From assembly GCA_964016885.1 (NCBI GenBank), contig OZ024750.1:1302001-1366000 (forward strand): a stretch of DNA of 64,000 bases, in the 5' to 3' direction. A program made the translations under genes and the position numbers. The stretch's first letter is position 1; every line of letters starts with the position of its first letter. Positions 14,020 to 29,786 of the stretch are shown in pieces. The DNA comes from Eledone cirrhosa. Taxonomy: Eukaryota. The notes under the pieces were generated by a model. The model searched no databases. It worked only from the letters and a program-made list of their open reading frames with translations, and was not told the DNA's origin.

Positions 14020-15087
14020 TATTGTCATTTATCTAGTAAAGAAAGAAGTTATATATAGAGATTCAGGATCGTATTTAAAATAAACTGAATATTATACAAA
14101 ATTTAAAGACCAAATCCTTTTTAGTTTAATTGCAGGCATTTTCGTTTGTTAGCATACTTTCTTTTGTATCTATTCCACACAATCAATACGGATGACTGCG
14201 AAAAATGATGAAATCTATTACTTTCTTAATGCTACAATATAAGGTTTATGGACGAATATAAAACAAATAAATCTTGAAATAGCTGAACTGGAAAACAACA
14301 TTAAATTGTTTTTGTTCTCTGTTAAGGTAAAAGAATCAAGTGAATCAGTTTACAGCCCCTGAGTTGATATACGGAGAAATTTATAGCCAAGTCACTTTTA
14401 AAGGTGAGATCGTTGCGGTTTAAACGTAAAACGGGCCCTTAATTATCGATGTGAGCTTTCTAGTGCTAGTGCTCACATGATATCCAAGGCTACCTCTTTT
14501 GTATATTGCTAGTTCAATATTAAATGTTTTCTGATACACCAGCTAGGGAACAGCAGAACTGATGGAGTGCCTTGATGTATGATAGAACCCTTTATGTTGT
14601 AATTTATGTCCTACTAGGTCAACCTTAAATTTTCCCCCTTCCATTAAATCAACTACAGGCGTCTCCCAAATTGATTAGCTTTATGATAAAGTTAGAAGTA
14701 ATTATAATTCAGTAAGATTATGACTGAGAGAATGCTAGGATGCTATATATCAGAGACTTAAAATTCAGAACAATTCTATTCCTGTAAACTTACATTTGTC
14801 ACGATGATAGCTTTACTACACATTATATTACAGGTAATCAATGGCTTTCTTTTGAGGTTATAAGAGGTTTAATGGAAATACTCAATCCTCAAGTGCTAAA
14901 TCAACATTTAAATGTGTTACCTCAATCGTTATCACAGTTGCATTAATGTACTCCTCGTATATTAGCACATAGAACATTATATAATGAAACTAGAGAGCAA
15001 TATATATATATATATATATATGCCGTCTAACCCATGCTAGCGTGGAAGAATGGACGGAAAACGGTGATGATGATGATGATGATATGC

Positions 15088-15240
<153 letters not shown>

Positions 15241-16039
15241 AATGCGTGTGTATGTGTGTGTGTAATTCTAGGAGTATGCAGTATGTATTGTACAATACAT
15301 TGCAAGGCGGTATTCTATAACATATTGCAAATGTTAATATAATTATATAACAATTCAATTTAGATATAAGGGATCATATCATTTGATATACTGATTGATA
15401 TTTATAAAATTATCCATTGTACCTGTCCACAAATAAAGCCACACACACACAGTATATATTTATTCAAATATATGCAAATAACTATAGAGATACATTAATT
15501 AAATCGTATAGGTCAGAGTGTGAGACCCATACCCAAAGCAAATCCTTTTAGATTAGTAAAGTTGATAGATTTGGTACCTTCAGCACGGAAAGAAATGGAA
15601 CTCCAGTAGGATTGCGTGGTCTAGGTTCGCTTTTGATAGCGTAAAGGTAAAGAGATATGGGTCGAGTACCAGATGTATCCTGTTTAAGGTGGTACATGTA
15701 TGGCAAGATTAGAAGGGTATGTACTATATTGATATACTATATTAGTAATAATAGTAAACGTATAACGTTTCTGGGGAAAATGATGGAAGATGTGTTTGTA
15801 AGGGCGATTTTGTCTATCATTAGACGGATTGATGAGATGGCGTCTAGAATTTGTTCAGGGGGCCAGTGCAATGGGTAGATATCTGACACTTATTTTCAGG
15901 TAAGTGCACCTGTAAAGCTGAAACATGTTCTTATCATCGAAAAGGAGGCTTGGTGTTTGCGAGGTAAGCCTAAGTATGAAGATTACTCTAAAAGATGATT
16001 AGAAATATAAAGAGCCCAGCTGTATGGTTACTGGTAATT

Positions 16040-16182
16040 TATGCCAGGATATCTCTGATCAGACTTATGTCAACCGATCAAACTTTGATTTTGCTACCTT
16101 TGTTTGAATCATGTTTATCTTTTGTTCCTTAAGAAGATAGTAGGATGTGATTTGAAGAGGATCTGCTGCTATTGGTAACAGA
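16040..16182 (+). repeat. Old dispersed repeat family (also ~19830-19965 -, ~47520-47780 -, ~48930-49120 +)
   Basis: Shared segment GGATGTGATTT...GCTGCTATT..TAACAG at 16143, 49076 and reverse at 47527; boundaries approximate. Confidence 0.45.
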
Positions 16183-16926
16183 AGGAACAATTACATAGAG
16201 GGGCTCCTCGTTAGTTTGTTTAGTACCATGTTGTTCACAAGTATATGTGGACTAAAGTACAAAAGAGAAACACATAAAAGCAGTCCCAGTATATATATAC
16301 ATAAATCATCAATATAGAAATATATACAGAATGACCTAAATATGAAATCTATATAATGATTCAGGAAAAAACACACACATACATTAATACACATACACTG
16401 ATACACTGATACACATACACTCATACACATACATATACCAATGTAGACACATCATTTATATTGATGTTCAGTAAGTATTCGTCTAGTGGATGAAATTGGC
16501 TGTAGGAGGTTAAGAACAATATCTGTAGGATATCCATCAGCCAATATTCCTTAATCAATACACAAGAATCAGTACATTTTTCACCAATTGGTGTGTTACA
16601 TATCACCATGTATAACCTGTGTCAATCGATAAACAAACCATATGTTTGTGTTACGTTAATTTTATGCCAATCAAAACAGAAGACCTCAACCAATAGAACC
16701 AATTTATTGAACAAGTAGCAATTACGTCATACTGCACAGAATATACTCAATTCCACCGAGAAAGATAATCTAGTTCAGATCCATCAGTGCACATCAGCCA
16801 CTACAACTTATACAAATCAATACACACCAAATATCAGAGCTTACGGTAATCAGTGTAGATTGTCTATCAAGTACAGTTCACGAACTATTGGTTGTTGCAA
16901 TTAATCAACTAATACTTTGCAACTGG

Positions 16927-17065
16927 AGGCCGAAATAGTAAGTTGTTTGCTCCGCGATCTTGAGGTTCTCGGTTCAATGACATTCTGTGTCATCTTGAGC
17001 AGCTGTTTCTTACCATAGCTTCTCGTCAGCCAAAACCATGTTATTGAAATTGGTTTGACAGAGGA
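16927..17065 (+). mobile_element. SINE family C, diverged (also ~36255-36392 -, ~40410-40545 +, ~42270-42390 +, ~48800-48892 -)
   Basis: Degenerate tRNA-like head, (C/T)CTTG(A/G)GCA segment and similar 3' part shared among copies. Confidence 0.55.
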
Positions 17066-17866
17066 AGAATTAACACAAATACAAGATTAGCACATTTTCT
17101 TTATAGACGCCGTGAGAATAATAGAAAAACTAGAGCGCAGAGAGTCGGATCGAATACTGCAAAGTATAGCTTTTGATGTTTTAACGATTCTGCCAGTTCA
17201 TTGCGTCCTATCTTAAATACTTCACTCAATTCTTTTATTTAAAAAAACCCTACCCTTGTCTAAACCCACAGCTAATATTTTCCTTCTTCGCATTAATATA
17301 CAATATTTATTCAACATTAATTCTAGCCGAGTTAACCTATGTTAATTTTGTTCAACTCCTCCATTGATTTAGGAGAGTCTGAAAAGTCTAAATATAATTT
17401 AAATTCAGACACATATACACATTCTCATATATGTCTGTATGTTTGTTTGTATGTTCAGAACACCAACGAAATATTTATGTACATATTAAAATATGGATTG
17501 ACTATGCAATTAAGTTTCTATCAAATAGAAAAGACAAACTCTGTTGGAAGAATATCCGCCAAATTAACTTCACATTCACACGCCTAAAACTATAATAAAA
17601 CAAAATATTCAATTTTGTTAATATTACAAAATAAAGTTATGAATCACTGCATTTTGTTTTGTATGAATTATGTTATCTCTATACGGTCCACTAATTACTA
17701 ATTAACACAACATGTCGTATGTTTAGTTAAACGATAAATGCTTCACTAATAAACATTTGTTCGTATGGCTTAACTGTTTCTTCTCTTCTGTAACCAATTA
17801 CTTATTCTTTGGGTTACAGCAGCAATATTTCCGTCATTATAGTATCTAAACATAGTTAAAAGGCTA

Positions 17867-17959
<93 letters not shown>

Positions 17960-18429
17960 GACAAAAAAAAAACACACGCACAAACACATACTGAGATAAA
18001 CACACGTATTTATTTCTCTGCCCCTCAATCTCTCTCTCTGTTCACACACAGACAGACCCCCCCCACACACACACACATACATACATACATACACACATAA
18101 ATACACACACAAACACACACAGACACACACACATATATATATATCGCAGGACTCCATTTTAAAATTGAGAACTGATAATAAATTTAATCTTTGGTCTGAC
18201 GTTCATTTTCAATCAATATGGTTCTCACTACATTATTGCATTCGAATATCCATTATAAATTATTTATGAATCAAATGTGAATCTTATTTTATCATATAAA
18301 GTTCTTAGTGCAAAATATGTAATTATTAGTGGGGCGCCAGAACATATATGTTGCGGTCTTTATTTATATTGGTGAATATATCTTTCACCCTCATGGTTTC
18401 TATAGAATATGACGCAATTAATTACTTAA

Positions 18430-18568
18430 AAGGTAACGAATAGAACACGTTGCATCGAATAGAGTACTTTGCAGTGTTTGTTTCAGCTCTCTGCTCTTTA
18501 AGTTCAAATCCCGCTGAGGTAAACTTCGCCTATCATCGATAAAAAAGTACCAGTCAAGTACTGGGTGG
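18430..18568 (+). mobile_element. SINE family A relative, diverged
   Basis: AGTTCAAATCCCGCTGAGGTAAACTTCGCCTATCATCGATAAAAAAGTACCAGT. Confidence 0.7.
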
Positions 18569-21233
18569 ATTCTTCATCTATATCTCTTTATCATTTCCCT
18601 TTTCTCATTGTTTATTATTCTCTGGAAGAAATCTGCTGTGTTCAGACCCGGAGAAGAAATCGGCTCTGCCATGTTTTAAAATGCCCCTAGAAACGCCGTA
18701 TGTTAATATGGCGTCCCGACGAATTTCCCGAGAGTTACGGAACTCCTAGGTAATTACCTAATCACATAAATCAATTAAAGAGGAAATAAAATGTGGTCTT
18801 GTGTCAATTTTAGTGACCCTCTTGTGACAATCTTGTGAAAATCAGCCTATGAACCTTTCAGCGCAACCCCGTATAGTAGTTGTGTTAATATGAGAAACCA
18901 ATGTAAGGAAATCTGAGTCATGGTTCATTTATGTAAAGTTTATGGTTGAATTCTTATAATAAATGTTCGTTTATGCATAAAATAGAGAAAAGTTCTTTTA
19001 AAACGGCCTCAATATTAAATCTCATAACGGATCGATTTGTTGTATTCCTGTTTTCAAATAATTAACGGAAGTGAGCGTAACTTGGCCGATCAAACATAAT
19101 TAATAAACGTAAATAAAACGCATTCTACGAATATTTTAATTGAACTTGAATTAAATATAAAGAAGATAAAATAATAACATTTTTGATTAAATAATTAATT
19201 ATCATAAACCTAATTAAAATATCATCGGAATAAATATTTTTCATTTCCTCTGCTTAAAACAAAGTAGGCGTTGGCAAACAGCATATAGTCTTCAGCGTCT
19301 CAGACATTGGTTCTAAAATAGAAGTAGTATGGAAACAAGCCAAGCTTCAGTAAATCAAATGTCTATAGTAGTCTAAGCTATTTAGATATCAACAGGCTAA
19401 TCTAAAATGAAATGTAATTTTCCCTCAGTTATTCATTTTAATTGTTGTTATTGTAGTTGTTTTCCGATCAGAACTGTGTCATGTATGTTGTTGGTTGAAC
19501 AACTGGATATGAAGCACATCTCTGGCGCTAGAGTTATATTTTGACTCCGGCTGTTTTAGTATTACCCTGCACAATCCGGTAGGCAAGGGTTTACATTCTA
19601 AGAGAGATTGGCAGTGACATTTATTCTATAGTCTAGTTTATTATTGAAAGCTTTTTGCTTCTAATAAAAGCCAAGGAATCAAGAAAGGTGGACTATGTTA
19701 TAATCTCAGACCATTTTTGTGGCTTAATTGGAGAGCAAAAACGAGCGCCCAAGATCCTTAATATCGGGGTCATTTCAGTATGGTGGGAGGAAGGGAAGGA
19801 TTTATAATTTAACCACAAAAAACAACCAGCATAGCATCTTTAAAAAGGACGCATTGAATATAATGAATCTTTATACATAGCCTGAGAATAAGATCGGTTG
19901 TTCAGGAATGGAACTTTTTGATCACAGGCTTGCATAATGAGAACAGCGCCGGTACTAAACAACATCACTTAGTATTTCTACCATAGGCTAGAGATGACGT
20001 GAACATTGGCATAATCTCCAGGATATTAAATTAGTATATCCCGGCTATTAGATCAATTACTGAAGCTTGTAATATTTGGACAAACTGATAAAGTTGAATC
20101 GAATAAGTAGAATATATATCGATTAGTAGATTTCCAATTAGTAGGCCAATAAATTTATTGGCTCATTAATTGAACTAGTACAGCTCACAACAATTAAATG
20201 CACGACGTCTCTGGGGGTTAAGGTAACATATAAAATTCCTGTTCAAATCAGATATAAACTATTTATGTTTTAACAGAATCAATAAACCTGAATGCTATAA
20301 ACACAACAATACGAAATCTATATAAATGATACTTTAATTTGTTCCCGATGATACACATGGGGATAGGATTAATGTGTTAGGGTGATTAAAACTTCACTCA
20401 GTATTGTAGTTTCTACTAATTATTTAGTTGAAACTTAGTATAGTAGCTCATGCTGTATCGAAATATAAATCTAATCTAAACAAAGTTAAGCAATGCATTC
20501 GAATGTTTATTGCATCCTTTTATTATAATATTATTATGTTATCCCTTGAGAGGCAGGCGTAACGCTGCTGTTTACAGATGGGATGTATGCATTATTGCAT
20601 GACAGATGATGAAATATGCTCTTAATCAGGTATTGAAATCAGAAGTAATAACAAAACTAAATGAGGTAATTATATCTTCTAGATTGAGACTTAGCATTTA
20701 AGCAGCTTTTCATTGCGTCTACCGTATAAAGAGAAGAAAGATCAACAAGCTTACGAGACTAGAAGCTAAGACACACCTTTTGTTTATTCATCTGAATAAA
20801 GTCCTTATGCAAGCGACTCATATCTACCCATTGCTGCATGTTCAAAAGTCTTATGAGTTATTTTAAATAACCAAACATAGCAAATGTTGCACTTGTTTTT
20901 ACCAAAGAGGGAGTATCAATGACACAATCTTACTTTGTAACGTAAACACAGGTAAATATATTTACGGTAGGGTATGGAGGATTGATATATAATGAGGGGT
21001 GATATTTGAATTAGTTTTCAATATCATAAGCTTTGTAAATGAAAGTGTGTTTCCCCAGATAAGTCCGGATTGCATTTGCATTGTAATGTTAAGCACTAAG
21101 AAAATGTCAAACAAAAAATCTATAAAGCGAGAAAACATAACATTTGTAATTGTTTTCCATAACTCAGTGTAAAACAAACATGCAATATGTTCTCATATTT
21201 CTATAATTCTGTTCTCGATGTATAATATTATAT

Positions 21234-21321
21234 GAGAGTGGTCAATATCTTAAGAGAGTGGTCAATATCTTAAGAGAGTGGTCAATATCTTAAGAGAGTG
21301 GTCAATATCTTAAAAGAGTGG
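21234..21321. repeat. 20-bp tandem repeat x4.4 (GAGAGTGGTCAATATCTTAA)
   Basis: Directly visible. Confidence 0.95.
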
Positions 21322-22015
21322 CTGTACCATTGAATCTACATATTGTGATGAACTCTATTGATTCCGGTTGAAAAGCTAAAGTCGATTGCAGAAGAAATAG
21401 TGTTAATAACCTTAGACAACATACCGTAATGGCCTTTTCACGGCTCGTTAACTTCCATGCCAATTATATGAGTACACTTATATTGATAAAATATGTTTTC
21501 CTTCTGTTAAACATGTATTCATACATACATACAGATACACGCGCACGTATACATACGTACATAACTACATAGATGCATACATACGTTCGTACATATACAG
21601 TTACACACATACATATATAGTTACATACATGCATGCGAACATTCATTCATATATATTCTTACATGCATACGTACCTAGATAAATAGATACATATATAAAT
21701 GTACATAAGTTCATACATGCATTCATACATAAATACATAGATATATTCATGCTTAGATTGTATAGATTAATAAACAAATATACAGGTAACACGGTATATA
21801 TGACCTTGAGCAGTTCGATATGATAATCTCAAAACATGAACAGTTAATATACCGCACAATATATTGTACTGTACCTAGGGTAAAATAACAAATAAAATGT
21901 CACCCTTCATGGCCTTGGGTAGCCACCAAGTATGTGATATGAGCAGATACAGATAATTATTTTAAGTAACAGGAGAAAGTTACCTAGTTTCACTCGCAAT
22001 ATTAAGCTGAATTAT

Positions 22016-22122
22016 GGATGGGTAGTATCGGTAGAGCGCCGGACAATATGCTTTATGGCATTACACCCCATTACGATCTGAGTTCAAATCCTGTAGAGGT
22101 TAGATTACCCTTTCATCCTTAC
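22016..22122 (+). mobile_element. SINE family A, 5' half
   Basis: GTAGTATCGGTAGAG...GAGTTCAAATCC...CCTTTCATCCTTAC. Confidence 0.8.
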
Positions 22123-22159
22123 ACGTAAACGGATGTAAGTATAAGTATATGTATGCGTG

Positions 22160-22286
22160 TGTATATATATATATGTATTATATATATATATATGTATGTA
22201 TATATATATATATGTATGTATATATATATATATGTATGTATATATATATATGTATGTATATATATATATGTATGTATATATATATG

Positions 22287-22317
<31 letters not shown>

Positions 22318-22326
22318 ATATATATG

Positions 22327-22381
<55 letters not shown>

Positions 22382-22418
22382 ATATATATATATGTATGTA
22401 TATATATATATATGTATG

Positions 22419-22454
<36 letters not shown>

Positions 22455-22476
22455 TGTACGTATATATATATGTATG

Positions 22477-22544
<68 letters not shown>

Positions 22545-22550
22545 TGTATG

Positions 22551-22620
<70 letters not shown>

Positions 22621-22648
22621 AATATATATATATAAATATATATATATA

Positions 22649-22721
<73 letters not shown>
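22160..22721. repeat. (TA)n/(TATG)n compound microsatellite
   Basis: Directly visible. Confidence 0.95.
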
Positions 22722-22725
<4 letters not shown>

Positions 22726-22990
22726 CTGTAGAAGTGTGTAGTTCGATTCCCGGCGGAGTATTATGTGTTTGAGCCAGGGACTATATTTAGTGTTGCTACA
22801 GTTCTCGGCTGTAGTAAGAATGAATTCTGCACGTCACACTATGTGTCCCGGCGACTCCCCTCGAGATCTACATTGAGGGCGCATGTATCCTTGAAATGTT
22901 TATTTACTTGCTCGTTAATATCACAAGCAAGCTATTCCCTTGTTCGGATCAACTGGAACACTAGTCGTTGGAACTGACGAACGACCAACA
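22722..22990 (+). mobile_element. SINE family B, diverged
   Basis: GTTCGATTCCC B-box; 3' part GGATCAACTGGAAC...GTCG matches 57700-57737. Confidence 0.7.
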
Positions 22991-23581
22991 CACCATATGT
23001 CTGTAAGGTTGCAACTGCACAGAGTTAAAGTTCATTGAAATATTTCTCCGCTTTCAAAAGTGTTGCAAGTAATTTACGTTCGTGTGTTAGACCGAAAGAC
23101 ATCATTAAACATTTATAGCTACTTCATTATTTATTTTCAGATAAAAACAAAAAAGGAACAATAAAAAAAGTAAATACAATGCGGGTATTTTTTTTATTGT
23201 ATCATATGTTCTGATTTGTGTCACCTATATTCGTGTCACTTGCTTGATAGATGTTTTTTCTGCTGTTTAAGTTTATGAACATGAGAACTGGTGTTTGACT
23301 GACGATATTGTGCTCTTGCAGCAAAATAGAATTCATAATGTTTTACTATTAGCAGAGCTTCTTAACAGTAAATCTATCTACATTAAATTATTCAGCATTG
23401 TGTGCATTATTTGATTAGCTAACACCTGCAAAGGGGGATAACATCCATGTGAAAATACAATTTCTACTTTGAGTACACATTGGACTGGGCTCTTTCTAGA
23501 TTCTTAAACAATACTATTTCAGTGTTTCATTAATCTAAATCTCTTCATCCAAGAGGTTATTTAAATATAGTGGAATTAACG

Positions 23582-23640
<59 letters not shown>

Positions 23641-24199
23641 TATATTTCTATCTGCTTCCGCACATTAATGAGTGAAGCTATGGCAACATAAAAAAATAAC
23701 ATCAATACATTTTCTTGCAATCTATTTACGACCATAGAACTGCTTCATTATTTTTGCGAGAAATTAAGCAAGTCTTTCGTGTTGCTTATCACAATCAACC
23801 AAACTGTTAATAGTTAGGTAGGCAATTGTATGAATGCAAAATAGTAGAGTAGATAAGGTATCGAAATACTAGTTTGTAAATTGGGCACAGATGTGTAGGT
23901 TTTGTTGTGTTTCAGGATATTTCAATTCCATGTTAGGACTGGTACGAAGGTGATATATGTAAGAGACTGGAATATTATCACTGATTAATTTCACACCTGG
24001 CTATCAGGTACCTTTTGCGCTTAGGACATTTTTATGTTTTGTCTATAGGATGTTTTCTTTTTTGCAATATGAAAAATATTATATGAAGTAATTTAGTTTA
24101 CTCACCTCCTATCTTTCTATTTCTATAACAGAAATTTACAAATTAAAAACCAATAAAATAGATTATATAAACATGATTGCTGTCTAAAAGGGACGTTAT

Positions 24200-24241
<42 letters not shown>

Positions 24242-26912
24242 GTATGCAAAAACACAAAGCCTTATTAGAAGGAAAAAAAGGGGGGGGGGAGTGTCGGCGC
24301 TTGTGTGAGAGTTTTTAAATTATGACATCTTTACTTCAAATATGACAAATAAAGTTGGCCTGTCTTGTTTTCTTCAATCTCAGAATAAAAATATTGAAAT
24401 AATCCGTATTTGAACAATGCATATACTACATATAGATGGGAATAGAGAGTGGAGAAAAACATATTTTGAAATGCCAATAGAAAAAGACCAACCCGTTACT
24501 ATATTTCAGGCAATAATGGGTTATTTCTCCTCAACTATCTTGACTCGTATGTTGGTAGCAACACAGCAACACGAATATACACACATACACTTTCATATGT
24601 AGCGTTTCAAACAATATGATCAAAGAACTCTGGTTCATTTCACTCTCTCTAACAAATGTTCCTTTTAATAAATATTGAAAGGAAAAAAATATAATACTTC
24701 ATTTAATATTTATTATTGATGGACAATATTAACTTTTTTCTTCAGTTTTCTCATTCACCCTAAACTAGATTGGCTTATACTATAATTCTTCCAGCTCCGT
24801 GTGTTGTTATTCAATTCAATTTGGATTGATTGAGAACACATCTTTTTATGTTAAACGCTCCCCTGGATATCTGTAGAAGAAATTAGATAATGAGGAAATC
24901 ACGCAAAAGAAAGCGTGATTAATGTAAACATATTTACACCAGTTTAAAATAAAAATGTACCTGAATTGCACCGCAAGTACATCTTATATTATCAGAGGAA
25001 TACAATGTTTATCGAGATTCTTTATATGTCGCATCACTCAATATATACCGATCTTCTTATTTTCTTTACTGAAACTTTTTACAATAAATATATAAATCAA
25101 ATTGCTTACATATTACAGCAGACGTGTGAAACTTTCCAAACAATTCGGCTGTTTGTATTATGGATCTGAAAACCCTTTCATTTGCTCTCTCGTTTCTTTT
25201 CGTTCAATGTTTCCAATTTGGGTAAAATCTATGCAGATATATTTATTTAGTTTAATGCATTTTTCGATATGATCAAATACCCACATATTAATTAATATTA
25301 TTCCTCGTAGTTCTTAAGTAGAACATGTATATTTTCATCTTTTTCTTGATAGTGTTTACTAGAGATTTCCTTGAGAATTTTAGGACAAAGTCTTCCAAAT
25401 TAGATTCTATATTTTTCTTCTTTCAAATATGATGTTATCCTTGCGTCATTTTCAAAGGTCAATAACTTTTAAAAGCAATCTTTGTAAAACAACTCAGTAT
25501 AGCAGAGAATACATATTATGTTAAGTACAACACTTTTCTTTATTTTATTAAGTATTCTTTCCACATTACAAATATAATCCACATCCAAAAATGCTTTCGG
25601 CTTATTTCTCAATTTTATGGATAGAATACAATATTCTATGATTCGTTTGTTTCAATATTTGGTATCTAGATTTCTTTCATGATTCATGTTAACGATAACA
25701 TTTCCATAGAGTGAGAGTATTTTAAATATCGTGTTATATCGTTTTCAGGAGAAACTTTACCAACATATACCTAACTCTTTCTCGAATGAGATAGCCTCTA
25801 TTGGAAATAACAGCCGAATTTCTCCCAGATCTCAACCCACTGATTTTAAAAGAAAAAAGAACATATTGCATAGTGCAGTCTGAGATATACTGTATATACT
25901 CGAATATAAGCCAACTCCATTTCCTTATGTCTGGGAAATGGAAAAAAATCCAAACCACATTTACGTAGAATTTGAAGTTGGTGAAAATCGTCAAAATATC
26001 GACCCAGAATAAATGACCCCACCTCCACCATTTTGTAAAATAGAAGACAACCACTTCGTGTTATAATTGTTCTATAATGATTGCAAATGCTAAAATAAAG
26101 TATAAATTGTTCTGATTAAATTATTGCTGTTAGAGAATCCCTATTCAAATTATTGACAATACTCTAAAGCTCTCGAATCAGTCGGCAATACTTCAAATGT
26201 CAACTAATTCAATCTCAATTTGAGATGCATCTGTCTATTCAAGGTTAATCCATTTGCACTAAGTCAATAATGATATAAAATTTTAGTCACGTCTCAAATG
26301 TAAAAAACAAGAACCTTTACACACACAACAGCTTCTTCTTCTACTCCATCCCTTCTGCTCCTTCTACTTGATGATGATGATGATGATAGTGCTAAATGAT
26401 GACTTGATGATGATGATGATGATAATAGTGCTAAATGATGGCTGACGAAACGAATATAAAAATAAATCACACCACTTTGTTTAACTTCTCCATTCAACAG
26501 CTTATATCCTTCTCTTACAAATCTGTGATAATTTCCCAAAGCAAATTTCAACTTTTCATTATTCCATACGCTAGTACCATTGAGGAAAGACACGAACTCA
26601 CGAGAAAGGCATGCATATCACAACAACCAATTTCCGCTGCTTTCAGCACACATATACTAAATACCTAGAGAAAGACTTTAGTACACTTTATATATCAAAA
26701 AAATTACTTGATTCTCTTGCTCTGTCTGCATTTATCTCTCTCTGTCTATTCTTCTGATTGAAAGAAAAAACAAAGGTGATAATGACCTGTAAGAACTATT
26801 CATAGCTTTTTAAAACTGTAATGTGTGTTCTTTTGATCTTTTTTTCTCTCAACTAAACATTTTTTAATCATGTTGATGAAATGAAATTCGATAAAATTGC
26901 ATTTATTTAAAA

Positions 26913-27104
26913 AATAATTGTTTCTACTTTTGGCACAAGGCCAGCAATTATCCCAGTGCATTTCTGGTACTTTATTTCATCGATCCTGAAAGGATGAGAG
27001 GAAAAGTTAACCTCGGCGAGATTTGAACTCAGAACGTAAAGGGCCGTAACCCTATGCTGCAAAGCATGGTGTCTGACGCTCTACCGATGCTGCCAATTCA
27101 TGGC
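26913..27104 (-). mobile_element. SINE family A, short-tail, full length
   Basis: Reverse-complement match to 42659-42853. Confidence 0.9.
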
Positions 27105-27499
27105 GATTTGTCTTCTTCCTGAAAATGATTTTTATGAAACAATCACAATATGCTTTTTCTAAAATATATAAGTATAACATTTTCAGAGTTAAATAGAAAC
27201 CTGCATAAAATACAATAAAGGAGAACGTACGGTGGGATTTGAACCCAGAACAAACAGAACCGGATCGGATAAATCATATATTTCAACTAATCTACTGCCA
27301 TAGGACTGTTACTTTGTTTATCGACCCCAAACTGGTAAGTCACGAAATTGACCAAAGCAGGATTTGAACTCGCAGAGAGACAGCAAATATCGATGCATAA
27401 AATCCAACGTCCAAACTATTTCAATTCACCACCTACTAAAGATCGATACAAATCTAATTCAAATAGTTACAAACCACGATCAAATTACAAATTGTAATG

Positions 27500-28370
27500 A
27501 AAGCAACAAACACACAGAAGACGTTCTCATGATCATCATATGAGGGATGAAATAATACTCAACAGAAATTGTGATAAAGCCAAAACATAAGCTAAAGCTA
27601 GTGTCACAGAATACCAGGCTAAATCTATGGTAAAATTCCTCCAAAACAAACAAAAACAAAAATCCAACAATACAAATATTTACACGTCCGATATTCGAAA
27701 ATAAAATGAGCAGAGCGGAACAAAGAAACAGCGAATAAAAAGGCACAAGATTCAAAGCTGAAACAGAATGATTCTTTATTGCAGTACATTATCAGAACCT
27801 TCATACGAATGAACGCCAACATGTAATGAAGCGGAATGCATTAAATAACAGCAGAAAGAAGAGAAATAACAATTAACTATTTTATCTCTGGTTGGCCAGC
27901 TAAGAAATATTACATGTGCCGAAATGGTAGATTTTGTGTTTACGTATAGTGGCTATTATGTCGGGTTTACTAAATCAGAACAGAAAAGAAGTTGTATAGG
28001 ATTCAGCAAATCAGATAACGTCAAAGCCACCACACTCTGAAATACACAATTCAACATTGAGAGAATGGTCAAAGATGATTAGTGAGATATTGTTATGAAA
28101 AGAACACCAGGAAAGACGTAGCACTAATCGAAGTAACTATCCCAACAGATTGGAATGTATTTATAAACGGTATGGAGAATTTACACATAAAGATGTAAAA
28201 ATACAGATAAGAATAGAGTGACTGAAAATAAATAAAATAGCTATAATAAGAAATTCTAAAGATGTAGAAAAATATGTAATCAAGTTCCAACAATTACACG
28301 TATCTATAGCCTACAGAACACAGAACTACTAAACACAGCGCTCATTTTAGGTAGAGTACTTTCAATGTAA
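27500..28370 (+). mobile_element. Decayed R4/Dong-like LINE, 3' part
   Basis: INYFISGWPA (~27872, remnant of I.HI.SGC..LA) and terminal LQNTELLNTALILGRVLSM* (28311-28370); 5' boundary approximate. Confidence 0.6.
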
Positions 28371-28759
28371 TAGAAATTACGAAGCCTTTACAAGATGTGT
28401 TTAGTACTGAAATGATTCCACGTTATGGCACCAGGATTACTGACAACAAAACAATAGTAAATTATGAGATTTATAGGATACAACAGTCGATAATAACAAA
28501 TTGGAAAAAAAAAGAAAAAAAAAGATGCTTTTAATGAATATAAATTATATGTTTACCGAAAGCTAAGATATATGAAAATAAAAAATAAAATGAATTGGGA
28601 ATATAAATGAAATGTTGCGATTATTTTGAATGGAAGTGAAAAGAACATCTGAGCTGTAAGAAAAGTTACTGATGAAATATTGTAGATACAAGAAGAAAAT
28701 ATAACTGAGACAACGATGCTACATTTATGTCAGATGACAGCCATTGAATTTGTATAACT

Positions 28760-29570
28760 AGAAATAGCAGTCAAATCCCCAACAAATATCGCTCTACCGA
28801 CATAAAACATAGTGGATACATTGGATAAGGTAGTTCTGTATGTACTATCTTTGAAGAAGACGAGATCTATAGGAATAGAAAGGCTTTGATCGTAGATAAA
28901 TTCAATCAAGATATACCAAGAGCTAAACAACAACATCAGTAGCAGCAAAGAGAACAAGAACAAGAATGTGTCATAGAAATTTTAGATGTTGAACATAAAA
29001 TCAATTTGAAAAGAACAGGAACACGAGGGAAATTGAGACTAGAATAACATGTGAACGAACTAACAGAAAATACATTAAGTTACCTTTCAATAAATTTAAT
29101 CAAGAAACTTCAAATCAAGATAAATAACACATTCTAGTGCGAATATAGATGATATCACAAAGGTGAATAGATTATAATAGAATAAATATAAAGATATGAA
29201 GGCGAAGTCGTACATTTGATAGATACCTACGGCCTATCACCCAACATAAACAGAATTGAATGTTCAGAAATACCCACAAGGCATTCTGTCAAAACTATCT
29301 TTATTGAGAAAGCTGAAGAACATAAAGTAGCAAACGTAGTTGACTCAAATCATACTGGTCAAACATTTGGAGAGCTAAACTGAAATATATAAAAGGGTTA
29401 ATGACCTGAAAATGCAGTTGTCGCAGTACATTGTATAAAAACTACTACAAAGCCAAACTAAATCTATTGAATAAAATACATAATGTGATGTTGAAAGTAG
29501 ACTCCTAATTGGAGAGCTGCATGTTGAGATGTATAAGAATTCTGGCTTTAAACATTCCCAAGCGAACATA
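28760..29570 (+). mobile_element. Possible highly decayed Penelope-like element (RT C-terminus + GIY-YIG remnants)
   Basis: IEILDVEHKI (~28973, FLDV-like) and NHTGQTFGELN (~29348, Y.GQT...L-like) in the expected order; very degenerate. Confidence 0.35.
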
Positions 29571-29690
29571 TTTTAACTGATTGTAAACAAACTCCAGTTC
29601 ACAACTATCATTTTAACTCATGTTTATTGGTAACGTGGAGACAATAATGTAGTTTATAACTGATGATCACTCACACACACAGAAACACAG

Positions 29691-29786
<96 letters not shown>

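Noticed and set aside
15540-16000. Possible decayed Penelope ORF on the minus strand
   Set aside because: Only vague resemblance; no diagnostic motif recoverable by eye
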